A stretch of DNA of 64,000 nt, taken from assembly GCA_046259385.1 (NCBI GenBank), contig JBJYWI010000083.1, positions 8,689 to 72,688 on the forward strand. Direction: 5' to 3'. The translations under genes were made by a program, and so were the position numbers. The DNA comes from Anaerolineales bacterium. Lineage in GTDB: Bacteria; Chloroflexota; Anaerolineae; Anaerolineales; UBA4823. The notes beneath the pieces are model-generated. The model searched no databases and was not told the origin of the DNA. It was given only the letters and a program-made list of their open reading frames with translations. Below are positions 30,109 through 40,205 of this stretch, piece by piece (positions within the stretch are counted from its first letter, which is position 1; each line of letters opens with the position of its first letter).

Positions 30109-31569
30109 ATGGGTCACATAAAACTGCCTGAAAAGAAAACAAAAATTGTCTGTACGATAGGTCCGGCATCCCAATCAAAACCGACTTTGGAAAAGATGAT
30201 TTCCAGAGGGATGAATGTGGCCCGTCTGAATTTTGCCCATGGCGATTTCGAGAACCATCGAGAGATCATTGCCAATGTACGGGCGGCTGCGAAAGCAAGC
30301 GGAAAGCGGGTGGCTGTGATGGGGGATTTGCCGGGACCAAAAATGCGGATTGGCCGGTTGGCCAAAGAGCCCATACAGCTTATTCGCGGCCAGGAAGTGG
30401 TGTTGCAGACGCAGGAGATAATCGGGGACAGCAGTCGATTTTCGGTGAGCTTCGCAAATATGCCAAGTGTGGTGAAACCTGGAGACCGCATTTTCTTAAA
30501 CGACGGATTCATCCAGCTGGTAGTTTTAGATATAAAGGGTGAGGAAATCCGCTGTAAAGTAGAGGTTGGGGATGAATTGAGATCGTTTAAGGGGATCAAC
30601 CTTCCCGGAATTGAGCTGGGCATCCAGGCGTTTACGGAAAGGGATTGGGAGTGCCTGCAGTTTGCTGCTGAGCAAGGCTTGGACGCAATAAGCCAGTCAT
30701 TTATACAGGAAAGTTCGGACATTGAAACAGTGCGCCGGGCTGCAAATGAACTTGAATATTTTCCCTTTATCATCGCCAAAATCGAGCGAGCAAGAGCTGT
30801 TGAGAACCTTGAGGATATACTGAATTCTACAGATGGAATTATGGTCGCGCGCGGTGACCTAGGCGTGGAGATACCAATTGAAATGATCGCCGTAACCCAG
30901 AAACATATTATCCGCAGAGCTAATATTTACGGGAAACCAGTAATAACAGCTACCCAAATGCTTGAATCAATGGTAAACCACACCCGCCCTACCAGGGCTG
31001 AGGCGACCGATGTCGCCAATGCAATCCTGGATGGCACCGATTGCTTGATGTTATCTGGCGAAACAGCGACCGGGAGTTATCCAGTTGAAACCGTGAATGT
31101 AATGGCATGTATCGCCAAAACCACTGAGGAAAGTGTTAAAAGCGAGGATCTCGATCGTATGCTTCAAGCCGAGAAAATACGTGGAGAGATTAGTAATGCC
31201 GATTTAATTTCGCTTACCATAAATTACAGCATCAGCAAACTGGAGCCAAGCCTGGTAATAACTCCCACCTTAAGCGGAAGCACCCCTCGCCGGGTATGCC
31301 GGTTCAGGCCGCCAATCTGGATTGTTGCGGTGAGTCCAAACGAATCGACCTGCCAGGCTTTACAATTTTCCTACGGCGTTTACCCGGTTCTCGAGCCAGA
31401 AAAACCGGAAAGCTGGGAGGTTTACGCCCGTAAGTGGCGTCAGAATTGCGAGATTGAAGGCGATCTTGTGCTGCTTACCCAGGGGTCAGGAGCCGGCGGG
31501 GTTGGCGGCACCAATAAGCTGGAAATCATTGACCTGAGCCGCCCGCCAGCAGAACCGTCTGTATGGTGA
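30109..31569 (+). CDS. pyk: Pyruvate kinase
   Basis: 486 aa. Motifs KIVCTIGPAS, MNVARLNFAHG, MVARGDLGVEIP and ATQMLESM. Confidence 0.96.
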   Translation: MGHIKLPEKKTKIVCTIGPASQSKPTLEKMISRGMNVARLNFAHGDFENHREIIANVRAAAKASGKRVAVMGDLPGPKMRIGRLAKEPIQLIRGQEVVLQTQEIIGDSSRFSVSFANMPSVVKPGDRIFLNDGFIQLVVLDIKGEEIRCKVEVGDELRSFKGINLPGIELGIQAFTERDWECLQFAAEQGLDAISQSFIQESSDIETVRRAANELEYFPFIIAKIERARAVENLEDILNSTDGIMVARGDLGVEIPIEMIAVTQKHIIRRANIYGKPVITATQMLESMVNHTRPTRAEATDVANAILDGTDCLMLSGETATGSYPVETVNVMACIAKTTEESVKSEDLDRMLQAEKIRGEISNADLISLTINYSISKLEPSLVITPTLSGSTPRRVCRFRPPIWIVAVSPNESTCQALQFSYGVYPVLEPEKPESWEVYARKWRQNCEIEGDLVLLTQGSGAGGVGGTNKLEIIDLSRPPAEPSVW

Positions 31570-31620
31570 CCCCCAATTTTAGCACCTGGAATATTTATTT
31601 TAAATTGAAACATTTAGATC

Positions 31621-33732
31621 ATGGCTGGTAAACCAGAAAATTCTATTAATCAACTAACTGGCATCTCGCCCGGCAAGAGTTTCCCCTTGGGGGCGACCGT
31701 CAGTGCGGATGGGGTAAATTTCAGCCTGTATTCAAAGTCGGGCAAGATGGTTGAGCTGCTCTTTTTCAATGACCGCAATGATGAAAAACCCGATCGGGTG
31801 ATCCGTCTCGATCCGATAAAAAACCGCACATTCCATTACTGGCACGTATTTGTACCGGGGATTAGATCCGGGCAGGTGTACGGGTACCGGGTTTACGGAC
31901 CATTTGATCCGAAAACCGGAAAGCGGTTTGATGGCGAGAAAGTGCTGTTGGACCCTTATGCGAAAGCCATCGCGGTACCCGACCGGTATAACCGAGAGGC
32001 GGCTTCAAAGCCTGGGGATAACGCCGTGTCCGCCATGAAAAATGTTGTGGTTGACCTGAGTGGGTACGACTGGGAGGGTGATGCACCCATCCAGCGTTCA
32101 TTCGCGCAAACAGTGATTTATGAAATGCATGTCAGGGGATTTACCCAACACACCAGTTCAGGGATTGATCCAGAACTGAGAGGCACCTATTTGGGATTGA
32201 TTCAAAAAATTCCATACTTGAAAAACCTGGGGATTACTGCGGTTGAACTTTTGCCCGTGCTTCAATTTGATGAGCATGAGGCGCCGGAGGGGTTGACAAA
32301 TTACTGGGGTTACTCCCCGGTCTCGTTTTTTGCTCCGCATTGCGGATACTGTTCTAAAAAAGAACCTCTGGCAGCGCTGAATGAATTTCGGGATATGGTG
32401 AAAGCGCTGCACAAGGCAAGGATTGAAGTTATCCTGGATGTCGTTTACAACCATACTGCTGAAAACAATGAATATGGACCGACATTCTGCTTCCGGGGAT
32501 TGGAGAACGGCGTTTATTACATCCTTGGGAAGGAAAAATCCCGCTACGCCAACTTCAGCGGAACCGGGAACACACTGAACGCCAACCATTCTGTCGTCCG
32601 CCGCCTGATTGTGGACAGCCTCCAGTACTGGGTCGAAGAAATGCACGTAGACGGGTTCAGGTTCGATCTGGCCTCGATTCTATCCAGGGATGGAACCGGA
32701 AAACCGCTCGCAAACCCGCCCGTGCTTTGGGAGATTGAAACAAATCCTGTCCTTGCGGGGACGAAATTGATCGCTGAAGCATGGGATGCAGCCGGTTTAT
32801 ACCAAGTGGGAACGTTTATCGGTGACAGATGGAGGGAGTGGAACGGAAAGTTCAGGGACGATGTGCGCAGTTTTATGCGCCGCGATCCGGGTATGGCTCA
32901 AAAATTTTCTTCCCGGTTTATCGGCAGCCCGGATATCTATGAGCATGAAGGCAGAGAGCCGGAGCAGAGCATAAACTTTATCACCTGCCACGATGGTTTT
33001 ACTTTAAATGACCTGGTTTCATACAATCGCAAGCACAATCAATTAAACAGAGAGGAAAACGAAGACGGTTCTGACCAGAATTTCAGCTGGAATTTTGGGG
33101 TTGAAGGACCCAGCCACGACCCCGAGATTGAAACTCTGCGCAACCGGCAGATCAAGAACTTTCTAGCAATCACACTGCTCTCGCTCGGTGTCCCCATGCT
33201 GTTGATGGGGGATGAAATGCGGAGAACTCAGAACGGGAACAATAATGCATACTGCCAGGATAACGAGATAAGCTGGGTTGATTGGAGCCTGCTGGAGAAA
33301 CACGCTGATATCCACAGATTCGTGCGGCGGCTGATTAGAGTCCGGCGCAACCTGGAAATTTTTAACGAAGACCATGGTCTCAGTCTTTCAGAATTCCTGC
33401 ATCAGGCACAGATTGAATGGCACGGGGTTAAGCTGCATAATCCTGATTGGGGATATAATTCCCACAGCCTGGCTTTTACAGTTCAGGCGCGCCGCGAGCG
33501 CTTTCACCTGATCGTAAACGCTTATTCAGAAGAGTTGGAATTTGAAATTCCTCCAGTTCCAAGTGGAACCCGGGATGGATGGAAAAGATTAATCGATACA
33601 TCCTGTGATTCTCCGGATGATTTTTACAGCTGGTCAGATGCCTTACAGGTAACGAACCAAGTTTACAGCGTAAAGCCGCATTCTCTGGTGGTTCTGGCGT
33701 TGGAGACTTCCCAGAACTTGGCTGAATCTTAA
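31621..33732 (+). CDS. glgX: Glycogen debranching enzyme (GH13, GlgX-type)
   Basis: 703 aa. GH13 catalytic regions DVVYNHT, GFRFDLASIL and EAWD, plus the FITCHDGFTLND motif. Confidence 0.93.
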   Translation: MAGKPENSINQLTGISPGKSFPLGATVSADGVNFSLYSKSGKMVELLFFNDRNDEKPDRVIRLDPIKNRTFHYWHVFVPGIRSGQVYGYRVYGPFDPKTGKRFDGEKVLLDPYAKAIAVPDRYNREAASKPGDNAVSAMKNVVVDLSGYDWEGDAPIQRSFAQTVIYEMHVRGFTQHTSSGIDPELRGTYLGLIQKIPYLKNLGITAVELLPVLQFDEHEAPEGLTNYWGYSPVSFFAPHCGYCSKKEPLAALNEFRDMVKALHKARIEVILDVVYNHTAENNEYGPTFCFRGLENGVYYILGKEKSRYANFSGTGNTLNANHSVVRRLIVDSLQYWVEEMHVDGFRFDLASILSRDGTGKPLANPPVLWEIETNPVLAGTKLIAEAWDAAGLYQVGTFIGDRWREWNGKFRDDVRSFMRRDPGMAQKFSSRFIGSPDIYEHEGREPEQSINFITCHDGFTLNDLVSYNRKHNQLNREENEDGSDQNFSWNFGVEGPSHDPEIETLRNRQIKNFLAITLLSLGVPMLLMGDEMRRTQNGNNNAYCQDNEISWVDWSLLEKHADIHRFVRRLIRVRRNLEIFNEDHGLSLSEFLHQAQIEWHGVKLHNPDWGYNSHSLAFTVQARRERFHLIVNAYSEELEFEIPPVPSGTRDGWKRLIDTSCDSPDDFYSWSDALQVTNQVYSVKPHSLVVLALETSQNLAES

Positions 33733-33816
33733 TCTGAACCGTTTACTTAATGTTAATCATCGATCCGGGTGTTCGATATATTCAAGACAACTATTCGTAC
33801 AATCAAGCAAATTAAT

Positions 33817-36546
33817 ATGAATTTTTATCAATTAACAACCCAGGAGACAATCCAAAAACTGGGTACAAATCTGGAAAGCGGTCTTACCAGTACGGAAGCT
33901 CTGCAGAAACTGGATGAGTATGGCCCAAACGAGCTGGTGGAGCGCGGCAAAAAGAGTATATGGCGGATTTTGCTGGATCAGTTCAAAGAGATCATGATTG
34001 TCGTATTGATCGTTGCGGCAATCATCTCAGCAATTCTGGGAGAGTATTTGGACGTTGCAGTGATTATGGCGATTGTGATTCTGAACGCAGTACTTGGTTT
34101 CAGCCAGGAATACAGAGCCGAGCAGGCAATGGCCGCCTTAAAGAAAATGGCTGTTCCAAAAGTCAGAGTCCGCCGAGATGGGAAAATTTCCGAGGTGCTT
34201 TCGACCCGGCTGGTTCCTGGGGATATCATCCTGCTGGAATCGGGCAATCTTGTGCCGGCGGACTGCCGGGTGGTGGACACCAAAAATCTGAAAGTCCAGG
34301 AATCTGCACTGACAGGTGAATCGGAGCCAGTTGAAAAAAATTCTGCGGCAATCGCGGGTAAATATGAGACTCTGGGAGACCGGTTTAATATGCTGTATAT
34401 GGGCACAATTGTGACCTATGGCAGAGCTAGCGCGGTTGTTACCGCGACCGGTATGCAAACTGAGCTGGGAAATATTGCTGACTTGATTCAGGGTGTTGGG
34501 GATGATATGACCCCACTCCAGAAAAGGCTGGCTCAGCTGGGAAAAACCTTGGCATTCGTAGCGCTGATTATCATAGCCATCGTGGTTGTTACTGGTCTCT
34601 TCCGGGGGGATGATCTGGAAGAACTATTCCTGACCGGCGTGAGTCTGGCAGTGGCAGCCATTCCGGAGAGCCTGCCTGCGGTGGTTACGATAACGCTGGC
34701 GCTTGGTTCACAGAGGTTGCTCAAACGCAATGCTCTAATCCGGAAATTGCCAGCGGTTGAAACGCTCGGTTCGGTTACAGTGATCTGTTCGGACAAGACC
34801 GGGACGCTTACCGAAAACAGGATGACCGTTACAATTCTGGATGTCGCCGGTAACACGGAAGACCTGCAGACGCTCCTTGACCGGCGGGGCAGACTGGTCC
34901 GGGCCAGATTAATTGCAGATGACGCCGACCCGCACTTGAGTGCTTTAAGCGTTCTGGTGCGGGCAGGTGCTTTGTGCAACGATGCTGTTCTTGAAACCGA
35001 TTCAAACGGTGTTGTGCGCGCATTAGGAGATCCGACAGAAGGAGCATTGCTGCTGGCAGCAAAGGCGCTTGGTTTTGATAAGGAGGAGCTTGAGGGGGAG
35101 TGGCCGCGGGTGGATGAGGTCCCGTTTACATCGGAACGCAAACGGATGACGACCGTGCATAAAATGAGTCCGGTAGTTAAACAAACCGACCTGCCCTGGA
35201 GGGATGCGCCTTATATTATGCTGACCAAGGGGGCGGTTGACAGCCTGCTGGATATTTGCGAGCGGGTGCTGGTTGAAAATAAATTTGTACCGTTAGATGA
35301 GGTGCTGCTCAATCGGATACGGGGTGCAAACGAGGATTTTGCTAAACAGGGTCAGCGTGTGCTTGGAATTTCCATCCGGATATGTGATTGCCCGGATCTA
35401 CCGGAAGAGAATGAGATGGTCGAGAAGGATGGGATTTTTGTTGGGATGGTGGCGATGATGGATCCTCCCCGGCCAGAAGTGAAACGAGCTGTCACGACTG
35501 CTAAAAATGCCGGTATTCGCCCGGTCATGATCACGGGCGACCATCCTTTAACCGCAGTCCAGATTGCGAAAGATTTGGGTATTACAGAGAACGAGAAATA
35601 TTTATCGGGGGCGGAACTGAACGCGATGACACCCGCTGAGCTTGCAGAAGTTGTGGAGGATGTGTCGGTTTATGCGCGGGTCGCTCCCGAACACAAACTG
35701 AATATTGTTGAGGCACTGCAGGATAACGGCGAAATCGCTGCCATGACAGGAGATGGTGTGAACGACGCGCCGGCATTAAAGCAGGCGGATATTGGTGTCG
35801 CAATGGGAATAACCGGGACGGACGTGTCAAAAGAAGCCGCCGATATGGTTTTGCTTGATGATAATTTCACTACAATAGTCTCCGCAGTTGAAGCAGGCAG
35901 GACGATTTTCGATAATATTCGAAAATTCATTAAATATACCCTCTCCAGCAACACGGGCGAATTATTCCTGATGCTGGTTGGTCCATTTTTCGGGATGCCC
36001 CTGCCGCTGCTTCCGCTGCAAATTCTTTGGATCAATCTGGTTACGGACGGTCTGCCTGGATTGGCTCTCGCTGAAGAGGAAGGCGAACGGGGTATCATGA
36101 ACCGCTCTCCTTTTTCTCTGAAGGAGAATATTTTCAGCCGCGGCCTTGGAACCCAGATCATCTGGATAGGAATCCTGATGGGCTTAATTTCACTTGGGGT
36201 GGGTTATGTGTACTGGTCGCAGGACCCGAATGGACCTTGGCAAACAATGATATTTACAACCCTTGTATTCGCACAGATGGGAAATGCTGTCGCAACCCGT
36301 TCCTTTGTGGACTCACTGCATAAGATCGGGGTTTTTAGGAACAGATTGATGGTAGGTGCTGTTTTCCTGGGGTTTGCTCTCCAGGTTGGGTTGATATATG
36401 TTCCGTTTCTTCAACGGGTGTTTAAGACTGAACCATTGACTGCCCAGGAATTATTAATCTGTGTTGCAGCAAGCCTGATTTTGTTTCTTGCGGTAGAAGG
36501 CTCAAAGGTTATTAAGAGGATGCGCGGCGGGGCAGTTTTCGCCTGA
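33817..36546 (+). CDS. P-type IIA cation (Ca2+)-transporting ATPase
   Basis: Motifs [27 protein letters not shown] and [12 protein letters not shown]. The track ORF starts at 33769. ATG 33817 (MNFYQLT...) gives the usual N-terminus. Confidence 0.93.
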   Translation: MNFYQLTTQETIQKLGTNLESGLTSTEALQKLDEYGPNELVERGKKSIWRILLDQFKEIMIVVLIVAAIISAILGEYLDVAVIMAIVILNAVLGFSQEYRAEQAMAALKKMAVPKVRVRRDGKISEVLSTRLVPGDIILLESGNLVPADCRVVDTKNLKVQESALTGESEPVEKNSAAIAGKYETLGDRFNMLYMGTIVTYGRASAVVTATGMQTELGNIADLIQGVGDDMTPLQKRLAQLGKTLAFVALIIIAIVVVTGLFRGDDLEELFLTGVSLAVAAIPESLPAVVTITLALGSQRLLKRNALIRKLPAVETLGSVTVICSDKTGTLTENRMTVTILDVAGNTEDLQTLLDRRGRLVRARLIADDADPHLSALSVLVRAGALCNDAVLETDSNGVVRALGDPTEGALLLAAKALGFDKEELEGEWPRVDEVPFTSERKRMTTVHKMSPVVKQTDLPWRDAPYIMLTKGAVDSLLDICERVLVENKFVPLDEVLLNRIRGANEDFAKQGQRVLGISIRICDCPDLPEENEMVEKDGIFVGMVAMMDPPRPEVKRAVTTAKNAGIRPVMITGDHPLTAVQIAKDLGITENEKYLSGAELNAMTPAELAEVVEDVSVYARVAPEHKLNIVEALQDNGEIAAMTGDGVNDAPALKQADIGVAMGITGTDVSKEAADMVLLDDNFTTIVSAVEAGRTIFDNIRKFIKYTLSSNTGELFLMLVGPFFGMPLPLLPLQILWINLVTDGLPGLALAEEEGERGIMNRSPFSLKENIFSRGLGTQIIWIGILMGLISLGVGYVYWSQDPNGPWQTMIFTTLVFAQMGNAVATRSFVDSLHKIGVFRNRLMVGAVFLGFALQVGLIYVPFLQRVFKTEPLTAQELLICVAASLILFLAVEGSKVIKRMRGGAVFA

Positions 36547-36558
36547 AGCTAGAAAAGA

Positions 36559-38238
36559 ATGCATATAGGACCCAAACATTTAAGGCGTTACCGCCAGATA
36601 ACCGGAATACTTGTCGATTACGGGTTTGGCGCAGCCCTTGCCCAGCTCGGGATAAGCGATCGTCTGAACATTCCCAGGCGGTTATTGCGACGCCGCCCGG
36701 CAATCGAAGGAGAACTCTCGCTGGCAAAACGCCTGCGATTGGCGCTTGAGGAATTAGGACCGACATTTATTAAAGTGGGTCAGGTGCTGAGCACCAGGGC
36801 TGATTTACTTCCCCCGGAATTTATTGATGAACTTCGCCTGCTTCAAGACCAGGTACCCCCGTCGGATTGGGAGTCGATTCGGAAGGTAATTGAAAATGAA
36901 CTTGGGGCTCCAATAAACGAGGTCTTCGCTTATTTTGATCCGAAACCGTTTGCAGCTGCCTCCCTTGGGCAGGTTCATTATGCGATTTTACACCAAGGAA
37001 AAGAGGTTGTTATAAAAGTATTGAGACCAGATATTGAGAGAGTGGTTAATATCGATCTTGATATCCTGCAGGATTTTGCGCAGTTAGTGCAGGATCGAAC
37101 TGCTTTTGGTGAACGCTATGAGGCCGTAGATTTTGCTGACGAATTCGCAAACAACCTGCGCGGCGAGCTGGATTTTAAAAAGGAAGGCCGCAATGCAGAC
37201 AGATTCAGAGAGAATTTTTCAAATGACCCCCGGGTAAAAATTCCCAGGATATTCTGGGAGAATTCAACCAGGCGCCTGCTGGTAATGGAACGTATTTCGG
37301 GGATAAAAATTGATGACATACCCGCTTTAGAAGCGGCTGGATTTGACCGAAAGCGTTTGGCCAACACATCTGCTCGGCTCGTGCTTAAAGAGATTCTGGA
37401 GGACGGTTTCTTCCATGCTGACCCGCATCCAGGTAATTTGTTGATTTTGCCGGGTGAAATTATCGGTGTGATTGATTTCGGCACCATGGGGCGCCTTGAG
37501 ACAAAGGACCGAATTGGACTGGCGCGACTTTTGATTCTGATTGTGCAGAGGGATTCTGAGGGAATTGTCGACCAGTTGATACGGATGGGGATCGCCAAGT
37601 ACCGGGTTGACCGGATGACGCTGGCGAGAGAACTCAGAAGGATCCTGCTGCGATACTACGGTTTACCAATCCAGGACATACCAGTTGCAGAGGTGATGAA
37701 CAGCCTTGAGCCGGTGATATACAAACATAAACTTCGAATCCAGAGCGATTATCTGCAGTTGATTAAGACAATCATGGTTATGCAGGGGGTGGGCTTGAGA
37801 TTAGACCCGGATTTTGATATGCTTACAGCCACCCGTCCTTATCTGGGGAGGCTGATGCGGCAGATCGTTCTACCTACCTCCTGGGGACCGTCTTTGCTGC
37901 GGATGGCGACCGATTGGGCGGATTTTGTTGGCAACTTCCCGCGCCAGACCTCAAATGTGCTCAACCAGCTTGAGAGGGGGGAATTCGGTATCGACGTGGA
38001 GGTGCGCGAACTGGATGAAGCGGTCGACCGGGTTGATAGAGTCGCCAACCGGATAATTTATGGAGTTTTGGTGGCGGCTTTTATTGTCGCCTTGGCGCTG
38101 CTTATTCCAAATATTGACCTTGTCTGGCCGTGGGGAATCGTAACCTGGGTGATACTGTTTGCCTTTTTCTTTATGTGCATGCTCGGGCTTTGGCTGATAT
38201 GGTCAATATTCCGCTCCAGGCGCAGGCGCAGGAAATAA
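36559..38238 (+). CDS. ABC1/UbiB-family atypical protein kinase with C-terminal TM anchor
   Basis: 559 aa. Motifs IKVGQVLSTRADLLP, AAASLGQVHYA and FHADPHPGNL. Two C-terminal TM helices. Confidence 0.9.
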   Translation: MHIGPKHLRRYRQITGILVDYGFGAALAQLGISDRLNIPRRLLRRRPAIEGELSLAKRLRLALEELGPTFIKVGQVLSTRADLLPPEFIDELRLLQDQVPPSDWESIRKVIENELGAPINEVFAYFDPKPFAAASLGQVHYAILHQGKEVVIKVLRPDIERVVNIDLDILQDFAQLVQDRTAFGERYEAVDFADEFANNLRGELDFKKEGRNADRFRENFSNDPRVKIPRIFWENSTRRLLVMERISGIKIDDIPALEAAGFDRKRLANTSARLVLKEILEDGFFHADPHPGNLLILPGEIIGVIDFGTMGRLETKDRIGLARLLILIVQRDSEGIVDQLIRMGIAKYRVDRMTLARELRRILLRYYGLPIQDIPVAEVMNSLEPVIYKHKLRIQSDYLQLIKTIMVMQGVGLRLDPDFDMLTATRPYLGRLMRQIVLPTSWGPSLLRMATDWADFVGNFPRQTSNVLNQLERGEFGIDVEVRELDEAVDRVDRVANRIIYGVLVAAFIVALALLIPNIDLVWPWGIVTWVILFAFFFMCMLGLWLIWSIFRSRRRRRK

Positions 38239-38250
38239 TCGGGGGAGTTT

Positions 38251-39891
38251 TTAAGTATTGGTCATAGTAATAAAAACCATCGGGCGGCGTTTGGTGCGGC
38301 TGTATAAAAATGATTTGATTGACTGCTCCAGGTCTTTCTGGATATTGCCATTTCCGCAGCGGACACCTTTTTCCACCATTTTACGGGTTTCTTCAAGCAG
38401 GTCTTCTTCGTCACGCGCATAAATAAAACCGCGTGTAATGATCTCGGGTTTTTCCTTCAGGTCGCAAGATTCCTGGTCCATAACCAGATTTACCAGCACA
38501 AAACCATCCCGGGCGAGCGCTTCTCTTTCGCGAACCACACTGGGTCCGATATCGCCAACTCCAGCGCCGTCCACAAAAATATATCCGCCGGGTATTCTCT
38601 CTGCTAATTTCATTTCTTCATCCTGGAATTGGACCACCTGTCCATTTTCAATCACGGCGATATCCCGGTCGGGGATGCCAACTTCCCTAGCGATCTGTCC
38701 ATGCTGCTTGAGATGGCGCAGTTCGCCGTGAATCGGGATGAAGAATTTTGGCTGAACAAGGTGCATCAGCAGTTTCATCTCCTCCTGGCTGGCGTGTCCG
38801 GATACGTGTACCGGAGCAACGTCTTCATATATCACGTTTGCTCCGCGCCGGAAGAGGCGGTTTATTGTCCGGTAGACCATTTCCTCATTGCCGGGGATAG
38901 GATGCGAAGAGAGCACGACTGTGTCGCCTGTGATGATGTCGAACTGGCGGTTTGAACCCATGGATAATCTGCCTAAAATTGAAGTGGGCTCTCCTTGGGT
39001 TCCCGTGCACATCAAAACCACTTCATGCGGTTTCATATTGAGCGCCTGTTCCTGGCCGATCAGGGTCGATTCGGGCACATCTAGATAACCCAGCTTGCGG
39101 GCCATTTTGGCGTTTTCCTTCATGCTAGTCCCAAAGAAAGCCAGTTTGCGGCCGTGCTGGACTGCCGCATTTGCTACCTGCTGCATGCGCGAAATCAGCG
39201 ATGCAAAACTAGCGATGATGATACGACCTCTGGCGGTGTGAAAAACGTCAAATAAAGCTGGGTCGATCACCCTTTCGGAGGGCGTCCAGCCGGGGCGGTC
39301 GGCGTTGGTCGAATCAGCAAGCAGTGCCAGCACACCGCGCCCCGCGAATTCAGCCAGTTTGGCATAATCTGTAGGCCAGTTGTCCACAGGCGTATGGTCA
39401 AATTTGTAATCACCGGAGTGCACCACCAGCCCAGCTGGAGTGGTGATTCCAAGACCGACCCCGTCCGGAATTGAATGGCAAACGTGGAAGAATTCGACCT
39501 TAAAAGGTCCTATATTTGCTTCTTCACCAGCGTTCACTGTATATAAATTCGCCCGGTCGGTCATCTTTCCGCGAGATAGTTTTACTTCCAGGAGACCCTT
39601 GGTGAGCCTAGTTGCGTATATAGGCGCATCCACATGTTCCAGAACATGGTTTATCGCGCCGGTATGGTCCTCGTGACCGTGGGTTACAACGATGCCGCGC
39701 ACCCAGTGGAGTTTATCCATCAGATAATTAAAATCCGGAATGATATAGTCGATTCCGAGCATATCGTTTTCAGGGAACATCAAGCCTGTATCAACGATGA
39801 GGATATTCTTTCCGTATTCGTAGGCCATCATATTTTTGCCTACTTCCCCCAATCCTCCGAGGGGGATAATTCTTAGTTTTTTGTCACTCAT
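38251..39891 (-). CDS. rnj: Ribonuclease J
   Basis: MBL motif THGHEDHTGA, a beta-CASP region and a C-terminal domain. ATG 39891 (MSDKKLRIIPLGGLGEVGKNM) has AAGGA 4 nt upstream. The track ORF extends to TTG 39906. Confidence 0.94.
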   Translation of the reverse strand: MSDKKLRIIPLGGLGEVGKNMMAYEYGKNILIVDTGLMFPENDMLGIDYIIPDFNYLMDKLHWVRGIVVTHGHEDHTGAINHVLEHVDAPIYATRLTKGLLEVKLSRGKMTDRANLYTVNAGEEANIGPFKVEFFHVCHSIPDGVGLGITTPAGLVVHSGDYKFDHTPVDNWPTDYAKLAEFAGRGVLALLADSTNADRPGWTPSERVIDPALFDVFHTARGRIIIASFASLISRMQQVANAAVQHGRKLAFFGTSMKENAKMARKLGYLDVPESTLIGQEQALNMKPHEVVLMCTGTQGEPTSILGRLSMGSNRQFDIITGDTVVLSSHPIPGNEEMVYRTINRLFRRGANVIYEDVAPVHVSGHASQEEMKLLMHLVQPKFFIPIHGELRHLKQHGQIAREVGIPDRDIAVIENGQVVQFQDEEMKLAERIPGGYIFVDGAGVGDIGPSVVREREALARDGFVLVNLVMDQESCDLKEKPEIITRGFIYARDEEDLLEETRKMVEKGVRCGNGNIQKDLEQSIKSFLYSRTKRRPMVFITMTNT

Positions 39892-39910
39892 TGTTTCCTT
39901 ATTCAATCAA

Positions 39911-39942
39911 AAACCCCGCCTGTGTAATTCCGGCCGGGGTTT
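39911..39942 (-). terminator. Terminator-like hairpin plus U-tract inside the rnj leader, 17 nt before the rnj ATG
   Basis: The minus strand reads aaaccccggccgg-aattacaca-ggcggggttt followed by tt. The stem is 8 bp perfect (aaaccccg/cggggttt) plus 2 bp after a bulge. It could be an attenuator or simply a stabilising 5' hairpin. Confidence 0.45.
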
Positions 39943-40075
39943 GAATTTCTATTTGTTGCAGGGAAATACACTCTGCAATTTATTTTTGCCTACGAAATAT
40001 ATAGTCGTGGTTTGATATCACTGAGAGGCCGGGAGATAACCGGCCGGTATTCCAACCTCCTTGTTAATCCGGCGA

Positions 40076-40104
40076 ATTGTAGCACGGTTAAATTTTTTTG
40101 TAAA
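40076..40104 (-). promoter_or_regulatory. Candidate rnj promoter TTTACA-17 nt-TACAAT
   Basis: On the minus strand, -35 is at 40104-40099 and -10 at 40081-40076. Lies just downstream of the groEL terminator and implies a leader of about 175 nt. Confidence 0.45.
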
Positions 40105-40124
40105 GCACGGCATATAAATTAATT

Positions 40125-40186
40125 AAAAAAACCCGGCTACAGCCATCTGCGCTTGGGGCCGCAGACCAGCTAAAAACCGGGTTTTT
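40125..40186 (-). terminator. Intrinsic terminator after groEL
   Basis: Long compound hairpin with outer arms aaaaacccgg/ccgggttttt and inner arms tctgcg/cgcaga. On the minus strand it is followed by T7. Begins 20 nt after the groEL stop. Confidence 0.8.
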
Positions 40187-40205
40187 GTTACCTAGAAATT
40201 CGATT

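Noticed and set aside
30114-30779. Long antisense ORFs inside confidently identified genes:
- 221 aa opposite pyk (30114..30779).
- 222 aa opposite polX (53007..53675).
- 209 aa opposite rho (61786..62415).
- 202 aa opposite the P-type ATPase (34533..35141).
- 194 aa opposite groEL (41317..41901).
- 192 aa opposite nuoD and 192 aa opposite dnaG.
- 179 aa opposite nuoH.
- 169 aa opposite hrcA.
   Set aside because: All lie fully within strongly supported genes on the other strand. They are Ser/Arg/Pro/Ala-rich in the way shadow frames are, lack recognisable motifs, and lack sensible start contexts. I treat them as frame-shadow artefacts.
39994-40062. A strong AAGGAGG in the rnj leader followed by a 21-codon frame (TTG GAA TAC ... 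TAG), considered as a possible leader peptide.
   Set aside because: The only start candidate (TTG) abuts the SD with 0-2 nt spacing, which is too short for initiation. The peptide has no informative composition. I keep it only as a structural element within the leader finding.
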